A stretch of DNA of 63,478 nt, the filler included, from Folioceros fuciformis (taxonomy: Eukaryota), in assembly GCA_049999805.1 (NCBI GenBank). It is 10 parts of 10 records of this genome, joined end to end, with 100 filler letters (N's around TTAATTAATTAA, not from the genome) between each part and the next. Parts side by side here need not be neighbours in the genome. Positions count along the whole stretch, not along the records: positions 59,418 to 63,478 come from JBNGIO010001948.1; 9 more parts are not named here. The stretch is one strand, 5' to 3'. Made by a program: the position numbers and the translations under genes. The notes beneath the pieces were generated by a model. The model worked only from the letters and a program-made list of their open reading frames with translations, searched no databases and was not told the DNA's origin. Positions 60,283 to 63,478 of the stretch are shown piece by piece. The stretch's first letter is position 1. Each line of letters begins with the position of its first letter.

Positions 60283-63200
60283 TGTAGGACCACTAGAGGA
60301 GCATGGTGGAGGAGAGGAGAAGAGGAGGCAGAGAGGAGAGGAGAAAAAGAGGTCACATTAAGAGTAGTTGGCAAGGGAGCTCAAGGGGGTATTTATACCC
60401 TCTAGAAGAGCTCCCTAGGAAGCTTCACAAAAAGCTCACAAGAAGCTGCGTAAGAAGCTTCCTACAGATTAGCTTAAGCTAATCTAAACTAATGATACTT
60501 AACTATACACTAATCTTAGACTAAACACATTAGCCTAAGCACATTGGGCTTTAATAACCCTACAACCTCCCACTTAAAGGCCAATTTACCTTCATAAGAG
60601 AGTGGTCTAGCTCATGCCCATGAGTGTCCGAGCTTGTGCGAATTGCTCCGTAGAGAGACCCTTAGTAAGAACATCTGCAAGGTTCTGACTGGTGTGAACT
60701 TTGACAAGCTGTACCCTCTTGTCTTCCAACACCTCTCGAATGAAGTGATACTGCACTTCCACATGTTTGGTCTTCGCATGAAACACTGGATTCTTCGCCA
60801 ACTGGATAGCACTCTGGCTATTACAATGCAACACTGGCAGCTCACCCTTGATCCCCAGATCTCCCACTAAACGAGCAAGCCACATGGCTTCCTTGCAAGC
60901 CTCAGTCGCTGCAACATACTCGGCCTCTGTGGTAGATAGCGTTATGCACGATTGCAAACGAGATCGCCATGAGACTGCCCCTCCAGTGCACATGAAGACA
61001 TAACCTGATGTGGACCTCCTTTTGTCCATATCCCCTGCATAATCAGCATCCGTATATCCCACTACAGATGCATCTTCACTACCAAAACATAAGCACAAAG
61101 CTTTTGTACCATTCAAATACCTCATAACTCCTGTTACTGCCTCCCAATGCTTCCTGCCAGGGTTTGACATGAGCCTACTAACCACTCCCACTGCAAAAGC
61201 AATGTCAGGACGTGTAGCAATCATTGCATACATCAAACTCCCTACAGCTGATGAGTATGGAACCTTCTCCATTTTAGCTTTATCCTCCGCAGAACTTGGG
61301 CAATCCTTGCTCGAAAGTTTCACATATGGAGGCAACGGAGTACTTAAGACCTTCCCCTTCTCCATATTGAAACGTTGAAGCACCTTGTTAATGTATTCTG
61401 TCTGAGACAAGTACATCAAACGCTTCATGCTAAGAATATGGCTTGCCTCCCCCAAGTTTGTCATGTCAAAGCGACCATTCAACTTTGACTGCAACGCTGA
61501 AATCTCATCACTGTTAGTCCCAGCAATTAGCATATCATCCACATAGAGGACGAGAATGAGCAAGCTTCCATCCTTAGCTTGCTTTGTATAGAGGCAATGA
61601 TCCATATTGCTACGCTTGTAGCCTTGAGAAAGCATAAATGAGTGGAACTTGAAATACCACCCCCTAGGTGCCTGCTTCAAACCATAAAGGCTCTTCTTTA
61701 ACTTGCACACCAGACTCTCTTTGCCCTTCTCAATGAAACCCTCTGGTTGTTGCATGTATACCTGTTCTGTTCCTGGAGATCACCATGCAAAAATGCCGAC
61801 TTCACATCCATCTGGACAAGTTCCATGTCGTTCCTCACAACCAGACCAAGAACACATCTCAAGGTAGTCATTTTGACAACTGGTGAGAAAATCTCATCAA
61901 AGTCAATACCTTGCTGTTGCTTAAAACCTTTAGCAACCAATCGTGCCTTGTACTTGGGTTTGCCATAATGGGGTATGTCCTTCATCTTATACACCCATTT
62001 GCATGGCAACGCCTTCTTGCCCTTAGGCAACCGAACCAACTCCCAAGTTTGGTTCTTATGGAGCGAATCCATCTGCGACTGCATCGCCTTCTCCCACTTG
62101 TTTTTGTCAGTCACTGACATGGCCTCTTGGTAACAAGAGGGCTCCCCACAATCTGTCAACATGACATAATCAAGAGATGCAACATACCTGTCATGAGGAC
62201 GTGAGATCCTTCCTGACCTACGAAGCACTAGCGCCTCGACCGGAGCTGGTTGCACTCTCTCCTCGTCTACAAGTGAAGGAACTTGTTCCTACACATCACG
62301 ATGTTCAGCCTGCGCGGGACGGTCAAGTCCATCTTCTTGGAAGACCACCCGTCGCACCTCCACAGTTGGAGTAGGCTTCTTGTGCATCTTGGTCTCATTG
62401 AAGAACACATCATTGCTGCGAACCATCCTCTTGGCTTCTGGATCCCACAGACGGTATCCCATCTCACCAGATTCACCATAGCCAAGAAAAATACATTTTC
62501 TTGACTTAGGAGCCAACTTGTCGCGAAACTCCTTCGGAACATGGTAGTATGCCTCGCAGCCAAACACTCATAGATGTTTGTATGACGGCTTCTTTCCAGA
62601 CCACATCTCCTTTGGAACCTGTTCATCCACAGCCCTATTAGGAGATCTATTAATAAGATGCACTACCGTAAACACCGCTTCTGCCCAAAATCCGTTAGGC
62701 AATCTAAAGTTTGAGAACAAACTACGCATCCTCTCCTGGATGGTCCTGTTCATCCGCTCAGCCACACCATTCTGGGGAGGAGTATACGGTGCAGTCAATT
62801 CTCTCTTGATTCCCTTGGAATCACAGAATGACTGGAAAGCCTTCGAAACATACTCTCCCCCATTGTCTGTCCTTAGACACTTCAGCCGGAGGCCAGACTC
62901 ATTCTCCACAAGGGTGACGAATTTCTGAAACACTGTCAGAACATCATCCTTTTTCCTCAAAGGATAAACCCACACCTTGCGTGAGAAGTCATCAATGAAA
63001 GTGACAAAAAAAGATGCACCGCCTAACGACACAGTGGGCATAGGTCCACAAATGTCACTGTGAACTAATTCAAGAGGTTTACTTTTGTGTTTACCTCTTG
63101 CTCCATGTGGTGACTTCGTCTGTTTTCCATACAAACAGTGCTCACACACGGAGAAATCGGAGAAGTCAAGAGAAGGGACGTAACCAAAACGAGATAAGAT

Positions 63201-63478
63201 CTTCATTCCTTTCTGAGACATATGTCCTAACCGACTATGCCACAAGGAAACACTTGGCTGTTCCGCTACACAAATCACATGATCCTTGACAGTGGTTACC
63301 TGAAGTGAGTACAAAGTGCCACACTTCGATCCACGAGCTATCACAAGAGAACCTTTGGAGATCTTCCAAGAACGATCTCCAAACCAACAGTGGTAGCCAG
63401 CGTCATCCAACTGCCCTGCGCTAATCATGCTTTTGGTCAACTTCGGAACATGCCTGACATCCTTTAGTGTGAATGAAG
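60283..63478 (-). mobile_element. Copia family B: integrase, RT, RNase H, PPT, 3' LTR 60283-60564
   Basis: ORFs 62568-63440, 62289-62567, 61698-62255 and 60607-61755 with canonical motifs; PPT AAGTGGGAGG. Confidence 0.95.

Overview
Eukaryotic land-plant DNA (gene-dense, introns of about 80-130 nt, TTTAGGG motifs; a bryophyte-like compact genome is an inference). The window is not one locus. Nine identical 100-nt N44-TTAATTAATTAA-N44 spacers join ten contigs, so adjacency across spacers means nothing. About half the sequence is decayed, nested Ty1/Copia LTR retrotransposons (four or more families), plus probable Gypsy and LINE fragments. Host genes: OPI10/Hikeshi-like, mitochondrial calcium uniporter, API5 (5' end), sterol 8,7-isomerase HYD1/EBP, a CRR9-like plastid protein, MutS2 (3' end), SMARCAL1/CHR18, an NPF/PTR transporter, a TORNADO1-like Roc-COR fragment and a few unidentified spliced genes. 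Most notable: (1) a Copia lineage with a protein-conserved extra ORF between the PBS and gag, seen in three diverged copies; (2) a SMARCAL1/CHR18 with four tandem HARP-like modules built from a repeated exon cassette; (3) two Copia copies fused in convergent orientation into a large inverted repeat; (4) a disrupted Roc-COR (TRN1-like) gene. All family assignments are from motif recognition, not database searches.
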